Below are positions 42,260 to 50,503 of a DNA stretch of 64,000 nucleotides, in pieces. Within the stretch, counting starts at the first letter, position 1; every line of letters starts with the position of its first letter. Source of the stretch: an uncultured Verrucomicrobiae bacterium. Lineage in GTDB: Bacteria; Verrucomicrobiota; Verrucomicrobiia; Chthoniobacterales; UBA10450. The position numbers were made by a program, and so were the translations under genes. The notes under the pieces were generated by a model. That model saw nothing but the letters and a program-made list of their open reading frames with translations. It ran no database searches and had not been told where the DNA came from. Location of the stretch: positions 160,001 to 224,000 of the forward strand of contig CAVTMK010000004.1 in the NCBI GenBank assembly GCA_963735805.1. The letters are read 5' to 3'.

Positions 42260-44263
42260 TTAGCGCACGATTTCCGCGACAGTTTCCGCTTTCGTAACGT
42301 TTGCCTTTTTCCAACCTGAAGGCGTAATGGGCTCGCCTTCGGTTTGTTTCCGGTACGGCTGGAGATAAAACATCATGAAGACGCCGATTACCACGAGCAG
42401 CGAACCGATCCATTTCAATAGCCAGCCGGGATCGCGCAGAATCTGCACGGTACTTTGCCCGAGGTTTTCAGGATTCCAAGATGCCTGAGAGATTTTATAA
42501 GTGAGTCCCGTCCAGGTACGCCACCAATTGCCCGGATAACTGAATGGATGGTTCATCCAACACTGGCCGGTGGCAGTCTCGCCGTCGGCAGTTACGACGC
42601 GCAGCGTACTTTTGAATCCCGCAGGAGTGTCGCTGCCTTCGTTTCGCTTTACTTCAAAATTCAGCAGTTCCAGTCCAATCGGGAGCGAAACGCTTTTCCA
42701 GCCGTAGGCAACCATCGTTGGGCTAGGCGAAGTGGGAATTGTAATCTGCCAACCGCCTGGAGCCCATCGCTCAAGAGCTTCGCCATTTTGCTGAATCCGA
42801 ATACGCACTCCGTCCGGCAAATCGGTGCTCGCCGGGGTTGTTTCGGAATTAGAGGGGTTGAAATCCATCGAACTCGCCGCATGCGGCAGCGTCTTATCAA
42901 TTGTCAGTTGCCAATCAGCCCAGCCGGTCGGCAGCGGCTTGTTCAACTCGATCTTGCCGCTCGATTTGCCATTCTTTCGTGAAGCGAGCTCGTAACTTAT
43001 CGCGCCATCATTAGCGACGAACAGTGTTAGATGGTTCGGCGCTTCTTCGCCAGGGGCAGGCATTGCCGGAGGGCCACCGGTTGAGCTGAGATCCTTACCG
43101 CTTCCATGTGGATTCGTTTCTGCTTTTCCAGTGGGAACACCTTTGCCTCGGATCGTTACAAGCACCGCGGGATTGTTCGGCCGGTCGCTCAGGGAGCTGG
43201 GCTTGCCATTCTCAATCCGAAAATCGGCCCAGTAGTTGTCAATTTTGATCGTGAAAGGCGTATCGGCGATTTCGACGTCGCGGCCGAGATTTTCTGCAAC
43301 GTCGAAACCGGCTTCTTTTTCGCCTAGTGAAACGAGAACCCGCCCTTTGTTGCCGTTCTGTGATTGTTCAAGGCGCACTTTCGCTCCGGTGCTGCCGCCT
43401 TTGCGAACACGACCAATCTGTTCGTCAGGGGCTTTGCTAAAGGCGAATATTGATTCCTCAAGATCGGTCACATGATCTTTCGGATTCGCTTCACTTTCCG
43501 AAGACGGACGGATCGGCGATCCGTCTTTACCCAAATTTTCCGCGGTGCCGCGCTTGAGTTCAATATTGGCCAGACCCATTGAAAAATTTCCGTTCTGCGG
43601 ATCGTCAGCGAGCAACCAGCCATCGAGATGTTGATTCATCATCGCCGTGGCAATTGCGAAATGCAGTGCCGGCGCGCCGCCATCGTTCAGCGGATTTGGA
43701 TTGAGCTTTCCTTCGATCGCAGGCGCGTAACCGACAATGCTCAAACGCGCGCCACTAGCGAGTACCCCAAGGTCGCGCGGTCGCTGCGGCGTCGGCGGAT
43801 GATGCAAAAACTCGGCGGGGTAGCCTTTCACGATTCCATCGACATCGTGAACGCGTAGTTGGCGTTCGTCGACCAGGAGACGATTCGTTGGTGGTTCGCC
43901 TTTGAAAAGCGTGATTGTTCCTTCGGTTCCCCAAATTCTTCCGATCAACGATCCGAACAGGAGCGTGATTATACCCAAATGCGTGATGAGAAACGCGAGA
44001 TGATGTTTGCGCCACGGCCAACGAGAGAGCGCGGAACAGGTAAGGTTTGCTCCCAGCAAAACAAGCCAAACATTGAACCATGGGGCTCCGTAAACATAAG
44101 CTCGCGCAACCTTCGCATCGAAGCTCGATTCGTAGAGCGTGCCGGCGATTGCGGCGACGATGATCACAGCAAGCAGGACGACCGCGAGCTTAAGTGATGC
44201 GAAAAATTCGAAGATCGGATTGCGCTGCCAGGCGGGCCGCTCAGATGAATTCGAGGTTGCCAT
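42260..44263 (-). CDS. Cytochrome c biogenesis protein ResB/Ccs1 (system II)
   Basis: FFASLKLAVVLL, GT..E, Y.APWF, THLG, MNHP and DPG..L..IG motifs with a large periplasmic loop. Confidence 0.85.
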   Translation of the reverse strand: MATSNSSERPAWQRNPIFEFFASLKLAVVLLAVIIVAAIAGTLYESSFDAKVARAYVYGAPWFNVWLVLLGANLTCSALSRWPWRKHHLAFLITHLGIITLLFGSLIGRIWGTEGTITLFKGEPPTNRLLVDERQLRVHDVDGIVKGYPAEFLHHPPTPQRPRDLGVLASGARLSIVGYAPAIEGKLNPNPLNDGGAPALHFAIATAMMNQHLDGWLLADDPQNGNFSMGLANIELKRGTAENLGKDGSPIRPSSESEANPKDHVTDLEESIFAFSKAPDEQIGRVRKGGSTGAKVRLEQSQNGNKGRVLVSLGEKEAGFDVAENLGRDVEIADTPFTIKIDNYWADFRIENGKPSSLSDRPNNPAVLVTIRGKGVPTGKAETNPHGSGKDLSSTGGPPAMPAPGEEAPNHLTLFVANDGAISYELASRKNGKSSGKIELNKPLPTGWADWQLTIDKTLPHAASSMDFNPSNSETTPASTDLPDGVRIRIQQNGEALERWAPGGWQITIPTSPSPTMVAYGWKSVSLPIGLELLNFEVKRNEGSDTPAGFKSTLRVVTADGETATGQCWMNHPFSYPGNWWRTWTGLTYKISQASWNPENLGQSTVQILRDPGWLLKWIGSLLVVIGVFMMFYLQPYRKQTEGEPITPSGWKKANVTKAETVAEIVR

Positions 44264-44456
44264 GCGAAGATCGATACTTTCCGCGAGAAGACGCATTCCT
44301 TCAAACACCGAGCGGATTGAGTTTATTGAAGGCTCCCGTCTTAATTTTTAGCGAGCCAATTTGCACCGGCGCCACGGAGACATTATCGACCTGGTGCGCA
44401 TTCAGAGCGGCAAAGGCCCATCTTGACCATCGTCGCGCGACTTCCTAACGTCGCCG

Positions 44457-45275
44457 ATGGCCGCTGAATCTTTCGAGGAGCTCCACGTCCAAGGAGCTCA
44501 AATCGCTTATCGTCGAATTGGGAGCGGCCGGCCACTCGTGATGCTCAATGGTTTCGCGGCCACAAGTGCAGATTGGGATCCCTCATTTACCTACAGGCTT
44601 GCGTCTTCCAACGAGCTGATTGTCGTCGACAATCGCGGGATCGGTCGTTCCACGGACGACGGGCGGCCATTTGATATTGCCCAACTCGCCGATGATGTGT
44701 TTCGAGTAGTCGAAGCGCTCCGCATCGAGCGCGTAAACCTGCTCGGATGGTCAATGGGCGGTTTCATTGCTCAGACGCTCGCCGTGCAGCACCCCGGTCG
44801 TATTAATAAACTCATCTTACTATCAACCGACCCTGGAGGAGCTGACGCAGATGTTACCTCGGCTGACGTGTGGTCAAAACTCATCGATATGTCGGGGACG
44901 TCCCATGATCAGGCGCGTCGATTGCTGTCATTACTTTTTCCGGGCGATGTTGCGGAATCCATCTATCGCGAATTCGGCGATACGGTAGCCGCGGCGCGCG
45001 CCCGATTATCTCCGAGTCTCATTAATCGCCAGGTCGCGGCGATGCACGCTTGGCACCGGACTGGTGTCGCTAACGGTCTGCGAGATATGAATGTGCCCGT
45101 GCTAGTTACTACTGGCGTGGCTGACATCGTGATTCCGCCATCCAACGCGTTGAGATTGGTAAACGCCATCCCTGGCGCTTGGCTGGCTCAATTCAATGGT
45201 GGTGGCCATGCCTTCATGGCCCAGTTTCCACATCCGCTCGCCGATCTCATCAATAGCTTTCTCGAGCTTGGATGA
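44457..45275 (+). CDS. Alpha/beta fold hydrolase
   Basis: DNRGIGRS, GWSMGG and GGH motifs. Confidence 0.9.
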   Translation: MAAESFEELHVQGAQIAYRRIGSGRPLVMLNGFAATSADWDPSFTYRLASSNELIVVDNRGIGRSTDDGRPFDIAQLADDVFRVVEALRIERVNLLGWSMGGFIAQTLAVQHPGRINKLILLSTDPGGADADVTSADVWSKLIDMSGTSHDQARRLLSLLFPGDVAESIYREFGDTVAAARARLSPSLINRQVAAMHAWHRTGVANGLRDMNVPVLVTTGVADIVIPPSNALRLVNAIPGAWLAQFNGGGHAFMAQFPHPLADLINSFLELG

Positions 45276-45284
45276 AATCAGCGC

Positions 45285-45797
45285 TCAACGCGTCCAGGCT
45301 TTCCAGCGTTTGCGCATCGGCTTTGCATAGCGGTCAACGTCGATTTTCTTCAGTCGTTTCACGCCATCTTTCACCGCTTCGTTCACCGCATCGGCTGAAC
45401 TTTCATATTTTTCTCTGGCCGACTTGAACAACGGCCACAGAAAAGGCAACGAAAGAACACTCCAATTAAGATTTCCCAGCGGCGACTTCAGCTCGATTTC
45501 TGCCTTTCGCTCGCTGCCGGATGCGAAGCGAATCGCCAACCCGATCGCGATTCCCAGCCCCAGCGCGCCAAGAATGGTCGGCACGGGATTTTCGCGGACA
45601 AAATATTCCGTACGCTCCCGCGCGCGGCTGGCTTTCTCCTTCGTTTCATCCCACGTCTGGCTCACAGCCGTGGAAAATTTACTTGTTGCCTGACGAAACT
45701 GCTCACGCCCACCCGAGCCAATTTCTTGTTCGCCCGGCTGAACCTGCGGCGGCAGCGGTTCGTCCCTCGTAAGATCGTTTTCGTTCGGATTAATCAT
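45285..45797 (-). CDS. Hypothetical protein with DUF883/ElaB-like segment
   Basis: YFVRENP...ILGALGLGIAIG motif; likely start MINPNE. Confidence 0.6.
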   Translation of the reverse strand: MINPNENDLTRDEPLPPQVQPGEQEIGSGGREQFRQATSKFSTAVSQTWDETKEKASRARERTEYFVRENPVPTILGALGLGIAIGLAIRFASGSERKAEIELKSPLGNLNWSVLSLPFLWPLFKSAREKYESSADAVNEAVKDGVKRLKKIDVDRYAKPMRKRWKAWTR

Positions 45798-45844
45798 ACA
45801 CAAATGCAATCGTATGCGGTGGCTTGATTGCGCCTCTCTAGTTC

Positions 45845-45924
45845 CGTAGCCGTTTTGCCCTGCGAAATGGCGGCGCTGATGTTCACGCAACGCTTCTATC
45901 TTACCGCAGAGGTCGGCGACTACA
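45845..45924. repeat. REP-like element CGTAGCCG...GGCGACTACA
   Basis: Right end is the reverse complement of the TGTAGTCGCC seen at 30539; overlaps the 3' end of the macrodomain gene. Confidence 0.55.
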
Positions 45925-46431
45925 ACAATTGCCATACGCATCGTAAATGTCCTCGCCCCAGAGAACAAAAGTTACTTTGTTAATCCTGTCATCAGTCGCC
46001 AGAAAATCTCGCACAGTTTTCAACGCGATCTGCGCTGCATCTGAAATCGGATAACCATATGCGCCGCAACTGATCGCGGGGAAAGCAATTGTCTTGATTC
46101 CATTTTCAACCGCGAGTTGCAACGAATTCCGATAACAATTCGCCAGAGTTTCAGGCTCACGCTGTTTTCCGCCGCTCCAGACCGGACCAACTGTGTGAAT
46201 TACAAAGCGAGCGGGCAAATGATATCCGCGAGTAATTTTCGCTTCACCCGGTCGACAGCCACCGAGAGTCCGGCATTCAGCTAGCAATTTAGGTCCGGCG
46301 GCGCGATGAATTGCGCCGTCGACTCCACCGCCGCCAAGAAGTGACGTGTTGGCTGCGTTCACGATCGCGTCCAGATCGAGTTTCGTGAGATCTCCCTGGA
46401 TGATCTCGATTCGGCCGTCGGGATTCTTCAC
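45901..46431 (-). CDS. O-acetyl-ADP-ribose deacetylase (macrodomain, YmdB-like)
   Basis: GDLT, DAIVNAAN..LLGGGGVDGAIH, VIHTVGP and AFPAISCGAYGYP motifs; GTG start at 46431. Confidence 0.92.
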   Translation of the reverse strand: MKNPDGRIEIIQGDLTKLDLDAIVNAANTSLLGGGGVDGAIHRAAGPKLLAECRTLGGCRPGEAKITRGYHLPARFVIHTVGPVWSGGKQREPETLANCYRNSLQLAVENGIKTIAFPAISCGAYGYPISDAAQIALKTVRDFLATDDRINKVTFVLWGEDIYDAYGNCCSRRPLR

Positions 46432-46433
46432 TC

Positions 46434-47087
46434 CTAGGGCGCCAGCCGTTCGATCAGCCAAAAGGCGCCGGCCTGGCGGGTGTAACGAAAACGATCGTGC
46501 AGCCGGTTGGGGCGACCCTGCCAGAACTCGATCGTATCCGGTTTCAATCGATACCCGCCCCAATGCGGCGGCAACGGAATGCGCTTGTCACCGAAGCGCT
46601 CCGTCATCTCTGCCATGCGCGCATCCAGCACTCGGCGTCCATCAACCACCTGGCTCTGCCGCGACGCCCAGGCGCTCAGCTGGCTCCCGACTGGACGGGA
46701 ATGAAAATAGCTTTGCGATTCTTCGCGCGAAGTTTTTTCGGCCTTACCGCTAATGCGAATCTGTCGGTCCAGTTCGATCCAGTAAAATGCCAGCGCGGCG
46801 TACGGATTGGCTTCGAGCTGCTTCGCTTTTTCGCTCTCGTAATTGCTGAAAAAGACAAACCCGTCTTGGTCGAAGCCTTTCAGCAGCACAATACGCACTG
46901 ATGGTCTGCCATTGGCCCCAGCTGTGCCCAGGCTCATTGCATTGACATCGCGAATACCGGCCTCAATCGCTGCTGTGAACCAGTTTCCAAATTGTTTGAT
47001 TGGATCGCGATCGAGGTCGCTCCGGCGCAGGCCTTTCGCCGCGTGCTCGTAACGCGAAGCGGTGGGATCACGCGGGGTTTCCATCAC
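46434..47087 (-). CDS. pdxH: Pyridoxamine 5'-phosphate oxidase
   Basis: RIVLLK, FFSNYES.K, RQIRI, PPHWGGY and EFWQGR..RLHDR motifs. Confidence 0.96.
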   Translation of the reverse strand: MMETPRDPTASRYEHAAKGLRRSDLDRDPIKQFGNWFTAAIEAGIRDVNAMSLGTAGANGRPSVRIVLLKGFDQDGFVFFSNYESEKAKQLEANPYAALAFYWIELDRQIRISGKAEKTSREESQSYFHSRPVGSQLSAWASRQSQVVDGRRVLDARMAEMTERFGDKRIPLPPHWGGYRLKPDTIEFWQGRPNRLHDRFRYTRQAGAFWLIERLAP

Positions 47088-47282
47088 GATCGAATCAGAC
47101 TCTCACAATATTGCGTTGCAAGGAAATTGTCGAACCGGTCGCAAAGCTAGGGGCGGCGGAATTCCGTCCGCTGTACGAAAGTGGAATGCGCCCAGTTCCC
47201 TGGATCCACGCAACGCGCAAGCTTTAGCTGTAGCTGGGGTCGCTAATCCCGGCCGGACGCAAATGATGGATCCAACATACCT

Positions 47283-48767
47283 TTAGGGCTTCCTCTCGTC
47301 TTTGGCTACGGCTGCAGCAGGCAGGAACGCCACTTGTGCCAGTGAACCGGCTTTGCTCATTTTGATTTGCGCGCTCACCTCCTGGATTTGGTCGGCTTGC
47401 TCTCGGACCCTCGCACTGAGAGCCGCCATTCCCTCCTCCAATTCCTCAACTTTACGTTGTTCGGCGATAAACGCGTTGTGTTCTCTGAGGAACTCATTGA
47501 GCAACATCGCGTTTATTTTATCGTAGCGGACGCTGTTTACGCGGCCGCGTTCGTCCCGGACTATGAGCTCAGGATTTAACTTCTCCACGTCTTCGGCCAC
47601 GAGTCCGAACTGCCGTGTGCCAACGGGATCAATCTCCTTTTTGTAGCGGAATGTCACCGGTTTGAGTGAAAAAAGCGCTTCACTGGCTTTGTCCATCGGC
47701 TGGATATCCTCCTTAAAGCGCTTTGAAGATGTCGCGGTGCCGAGCTGGCCGTTTGCGGCTACAAGCACCGGATCGCCACTGGCAATTGTTTGACCGCTGA
47801 TACCGCGGATGACAGTGGTAGCGATATCTGGATTGCCAATCCGGATTGTGTTGCTTTCGCCTGAAACGCCATGAACGTCGAAGCCGATATCGATATTATT
47901 ACTATCGCTTCCGCTTAGATTGTCACCGGCATTCGTACCTAACGCGGTATTGTTGTTGCCTGTGCCGATTGCGGAAAGTGTAGCAGCACCTACAGCGGTG
48001 TTACCGCTGCCTTCAATGTTTTCAAAAAGCGCGTGATCACCAGCCGCCGTGTTGGAACTGCCTACCGTATTGTCATGGAGCGCGCTTAACCCAGTGGCCG
48101 TGTTGAAGCTCCCTTCGGTGTTGTCGATTAACGCTGCAACGCCCGTGGCTGTGTTGTTGTTGCCCGTAGTGTTCCCGGCGAGGGCACTAACTCCAGTGGC
48201 TGTGTTCGAACCACCGATGGTATTGCCAACTAATGCTGCAACTCCGCTGGCCGTGTTCGCTTCGCCGGTGGTGTTGCTGGCGAGTGCGTTATCACCGGTG
48301 GCAGTATTGTCGCTGCCGGTGGTGTTACCGAACAGCGCAAGTGTACCATAAGCCGTGTTCGAGGACCCAGTGCTGTTACTGAGTAACGCGCTGTCACCGC
48401 TGGCCGTGTTCGCTTCGCCGGTGGTGTTGCTAAAGAGTGCAAACGCTCCTGTCGCGGTGTTGGCGGTGCCGGTGGTATTGCTCAAAAGCGCTCCCGCACC
48501 AGTAGCCGTATTTTCGTCGGCAGTGTTGCTGAGTAGCGTGCCGGCACCGACTCCGGTATTGAAGTTGGCCTCAGTGACACTTAGGAGTGAAAACAAACCA
48601 ACACCCGTGTTATATGTGCCATCCGTGAGGCTAAGAAGTGCGTTCTGTCCTTCTGCAGTGTTGCCCCCAACATAGCCGCCGTCCGGTGGCGGATTTACAG
48701 CCTTTATGTTCGGCAAAAGCCCAATGCAGATCCCGAGGATCGAGACGAGATGAGTGTAACGCTTCAT
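47283..48767 (-). CDS. Secreted 17-aa-repeat fibre protein with peptidase S74 (ICA) chaperone domain, copy 1
   Basis: Signal peptide; about 12 NTAxGxxALxxNTxGxx repeats; TSSKRFKEDI, LKPVTF.YK, FGLVAEDV and VRY motifs; C-terminal coiled coil. Confidence 0.85.
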   Translation of the reverse strand: MKRYTHLVSILGICIGLLPNIKAVNPPPDGGYVGGNTAEGQNALLSLTDGTYNTGVGLFSLLSVTEANFNTGVGAGTLLSNTADENTATGAGALLSNTTGTANTATGAFALFSNTTGEANTASGDSALLSNSTGSSNTAYGTLALFGNTTGSDNTATGDNALASNTTGEANTASGVAALVGNTIGGSNTATGVSALAGNTTGNNNTATGVAALIDNTEGSFNTATGLSALHDNTVGSSNTAAGDHALFENIEGSGNTAVGAATLSAIGTGNNNTALGTNAGDNLSGSDSNNIDIGFDVHGVSGESNTIRIGNPDIATTVIRGISGQTIASGDPVLVAANGQLGTATSSKRFKEDIQPMDKASEALFSLKPVTFRYKKEIDPVGTRQFGLVAEDVEKLNPELIVRDERGRVNSVRYDKINAMLLNEFLREHNAFIAEQRKVEELEEGMAALSARVREQADQIQEVSAQIKMSKAGSLAQVAFLPAAAVAKDERKP

Positions 48768-48883
48768 GTTTACTTTCCTTTCATATTTATGGTTTCGGTT
48801 TTTGTTAATTTCTTTAAACAGTTAAATCTCCAGGTGCCTGTTGAGCTCAGACTGCTAACACGGAAGTAACTTGCCGTTCCCAT

Positions 48884-50338
48884 TTAGCGGTTGATTACTA
48901 CTTCCGGTGCGTGACCGCTGATCTCAATCTTGGCGCTTACCTTCTCGAGACCGAGGGTTAGCGCTTCGATTTGCTTTTCCTGTTTCGCTAGCTTCAGCTG
49001 AAAGCCTTTCTCTTGCTTCACCACCGTAGACTGCAGGTCAGCAACGGTCGCATCGCGCCTGACAGCTGCGGCTTTAAGTTCTTCAACTTCCCGATGCTCT
49101 TTGAGGAATTCGTTTAGCAGCATCGCATTCACCTGCTCGTAGCGCACGCTGTAGGGCTTCCCATCCTTGTCGCGCACGATCAAATCGGGATTCACCTTTT
49201 CCACGTCCTCAGCTACGAGGCCGAACTGCGGGATTCTGTCGGCATCCAACTCCCTTTTATAGTGGAAGGTGACTGGTTTGAGGGCGAGGATCGCCTCGCT
49301 TGCTCTGCCCATCGGTTTGATGTCCTCTTTGAATCGCCGGGAAGACGTAGACGTCCCCAGCCTGCCGTTTGAATTAATAAAGACACCAACTCCTCCGGCC
49401 GACGTTTGGCCGAATATGTTGGCGATAAAACAGCTGAGGCCGGCATTATTACCTGCCGCGTCCGCTCCTATGCAGATGACATTGCTGGCATTCGTAACGT
49501 TTGAACCAGCGCCTTGGCCAATGAAAACATTGAAATCGCCACTTGTGAGATTGCTTCCGGCTCCAGCACCCACGGCCGTGTTGGCGTCCCCGCTGGTGAG
49601 GTTAAGTAGCGCGTTGGCGCCAATGGCCACATCGCTGCCGCCGCTGGTGAGATTAAAGAGTGTTTGATACCCAAATCCATCGTTGGCGCCAGCGTCCGGA
49701 CCACTGGCATGTGCCAGGGATTGAAAGCCGACAGCTGTGCTAATACCCAGATCGGTATTATTGAGCCCAGTGGTATTGCTGTTAAGTGCTTGATAACCTA
49801 CGGCGGTGTTGCCGCTGGCGATGGTGTTGTTCTCGAGCGCTTGTTGACCGATTGCCACGTTGGGACCGACAGCGAAGTTATTTGTGATGCCCAGGGTGCC
49901 GCCCGTGGTGTTGTTAAGAAGCGCGTTAGACCCTATGGCGGTGTTGCCGCCGGCGGTGGTATTGCTAAAAAGCGCGAACGCTCCATTGGCTGTATTGTCC
50001 TCACCGGTGCTGTTGTTTAAAAGCGCGCCGGCACCGGTGGCCGTATTTTGATCTGCGATGTTGGAAAGGAGTGTCCCAGCCCCGTCAGCGGTATTCAAGC
50101 TGCCGCTTGTGAGGCTCAGCAAAGAGAACAGCCCGGTTCCTGTGTTGTATAGGCCGTCGGTAAGGCCCAAAAGGGCGTTTTGCCCTTCTGCCGTATTGCC
50201 GCCGGAATAGCCTCCGTCCGGAGCGGGAACAACCGCGAAAGTGTTCGGGGCCGCGCAAAGTCCAAACCATGCGAACACGGCGGCGACGATCAGTATGCAG
50301 ATACGTTGCATTGCATTTTCTTCAGGGAGCTTTTTCAT
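48884..50338 (-). CDS. Secreted repeat fibre protein with peptidase S74 (ICA) chaperone domain, copy 2
   Basis: Same architecture as copy 1: PAPDGGYSGGNTAEGQNALL, NTAxG repeats, TSSRRFKEDI, FGLVAEDV, coiled coil. Confidence 0.85.
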   Translation of the reverse strand: MKKLPEENAMQRICILIVAAVFAWFGLCAAPNTFAVVPAPDGGYSGGNTAEGQNALLGLTDGLYNTGTGLFSLLSLTSGSLNTADGAGTLLSNIADQNTATGAGALLNNSTGEDNTANGAFALFSNTTAGGNTAIGSNALLNNTTGGTLGITNNFAVGPNVAIGQQALENNTIASGNTAVGYQALNSNTTGLNNTDLGISTAVGFQSLAHASGPDAGANDGFGYQTLFNLTSGGSDVAIGANALLNLTSGDANTAVGAGAGSNLTSGDFNVFIGQGAGSNVTNASNVICIGADAAGNNAGLSCFIANIFGQTSAGGVGVFINSNGRLGTSTSSRRFKEDIKPMGRASEAILALKPVTFHYKRELDADRIPQFGLVAEDVEKVNPDLIVRDKDGKPYSVRYEQVNAMLLNEFLKEHREVEELKAAAVRRDATVADLQSTVVKQEKGFQLKLAKQEKQIEALTLGLEKVSAKIEISGHAPEVVINR

Positions 50339-50451
50339 TTCTTGTCCTTCCTTGTGGTTTTTGATTTACTGTTTTTGTCGGTTTTTGTTTCGGTGTGCGC
50401 GGGCGGGATATGAACCGAACCTGCGCGTGGCGGAAAATGCGGGACGCGCTT

Positions 50452-50498
50452 ATGAAAGTCTTTAGGCTGCGGCTGAATTTTTCTGAATTGTTCTGAAA
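50452..50498. promoter_or_regulatory. Helically phased direct repeats, candidate wHTH operator
   Basis: GCTGAATTTT-TCTGAATTGT-TCTGAAACC with CTGAA at 50473, 50483 and 50493, plus ATGAA at 50452, in the divergent intergenic region. Confidence 0.55.
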
Positions 50499-50503
50499 CC
50501 GCG

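Noticed and set aside
47900..48560. CRISPR-like periodicity (51 nt)
   Set aside because: Repeats are in-frame, degenerate at codon third positions and encode the 17-aa protein repeat; no cas genes.
47283..50338. Prophage interpretation of the tail-fibre-like genes
   Set aside because: Both have signal peptides, and no capsid, terminase, tail tube, integrase or lysis genes are nearby.
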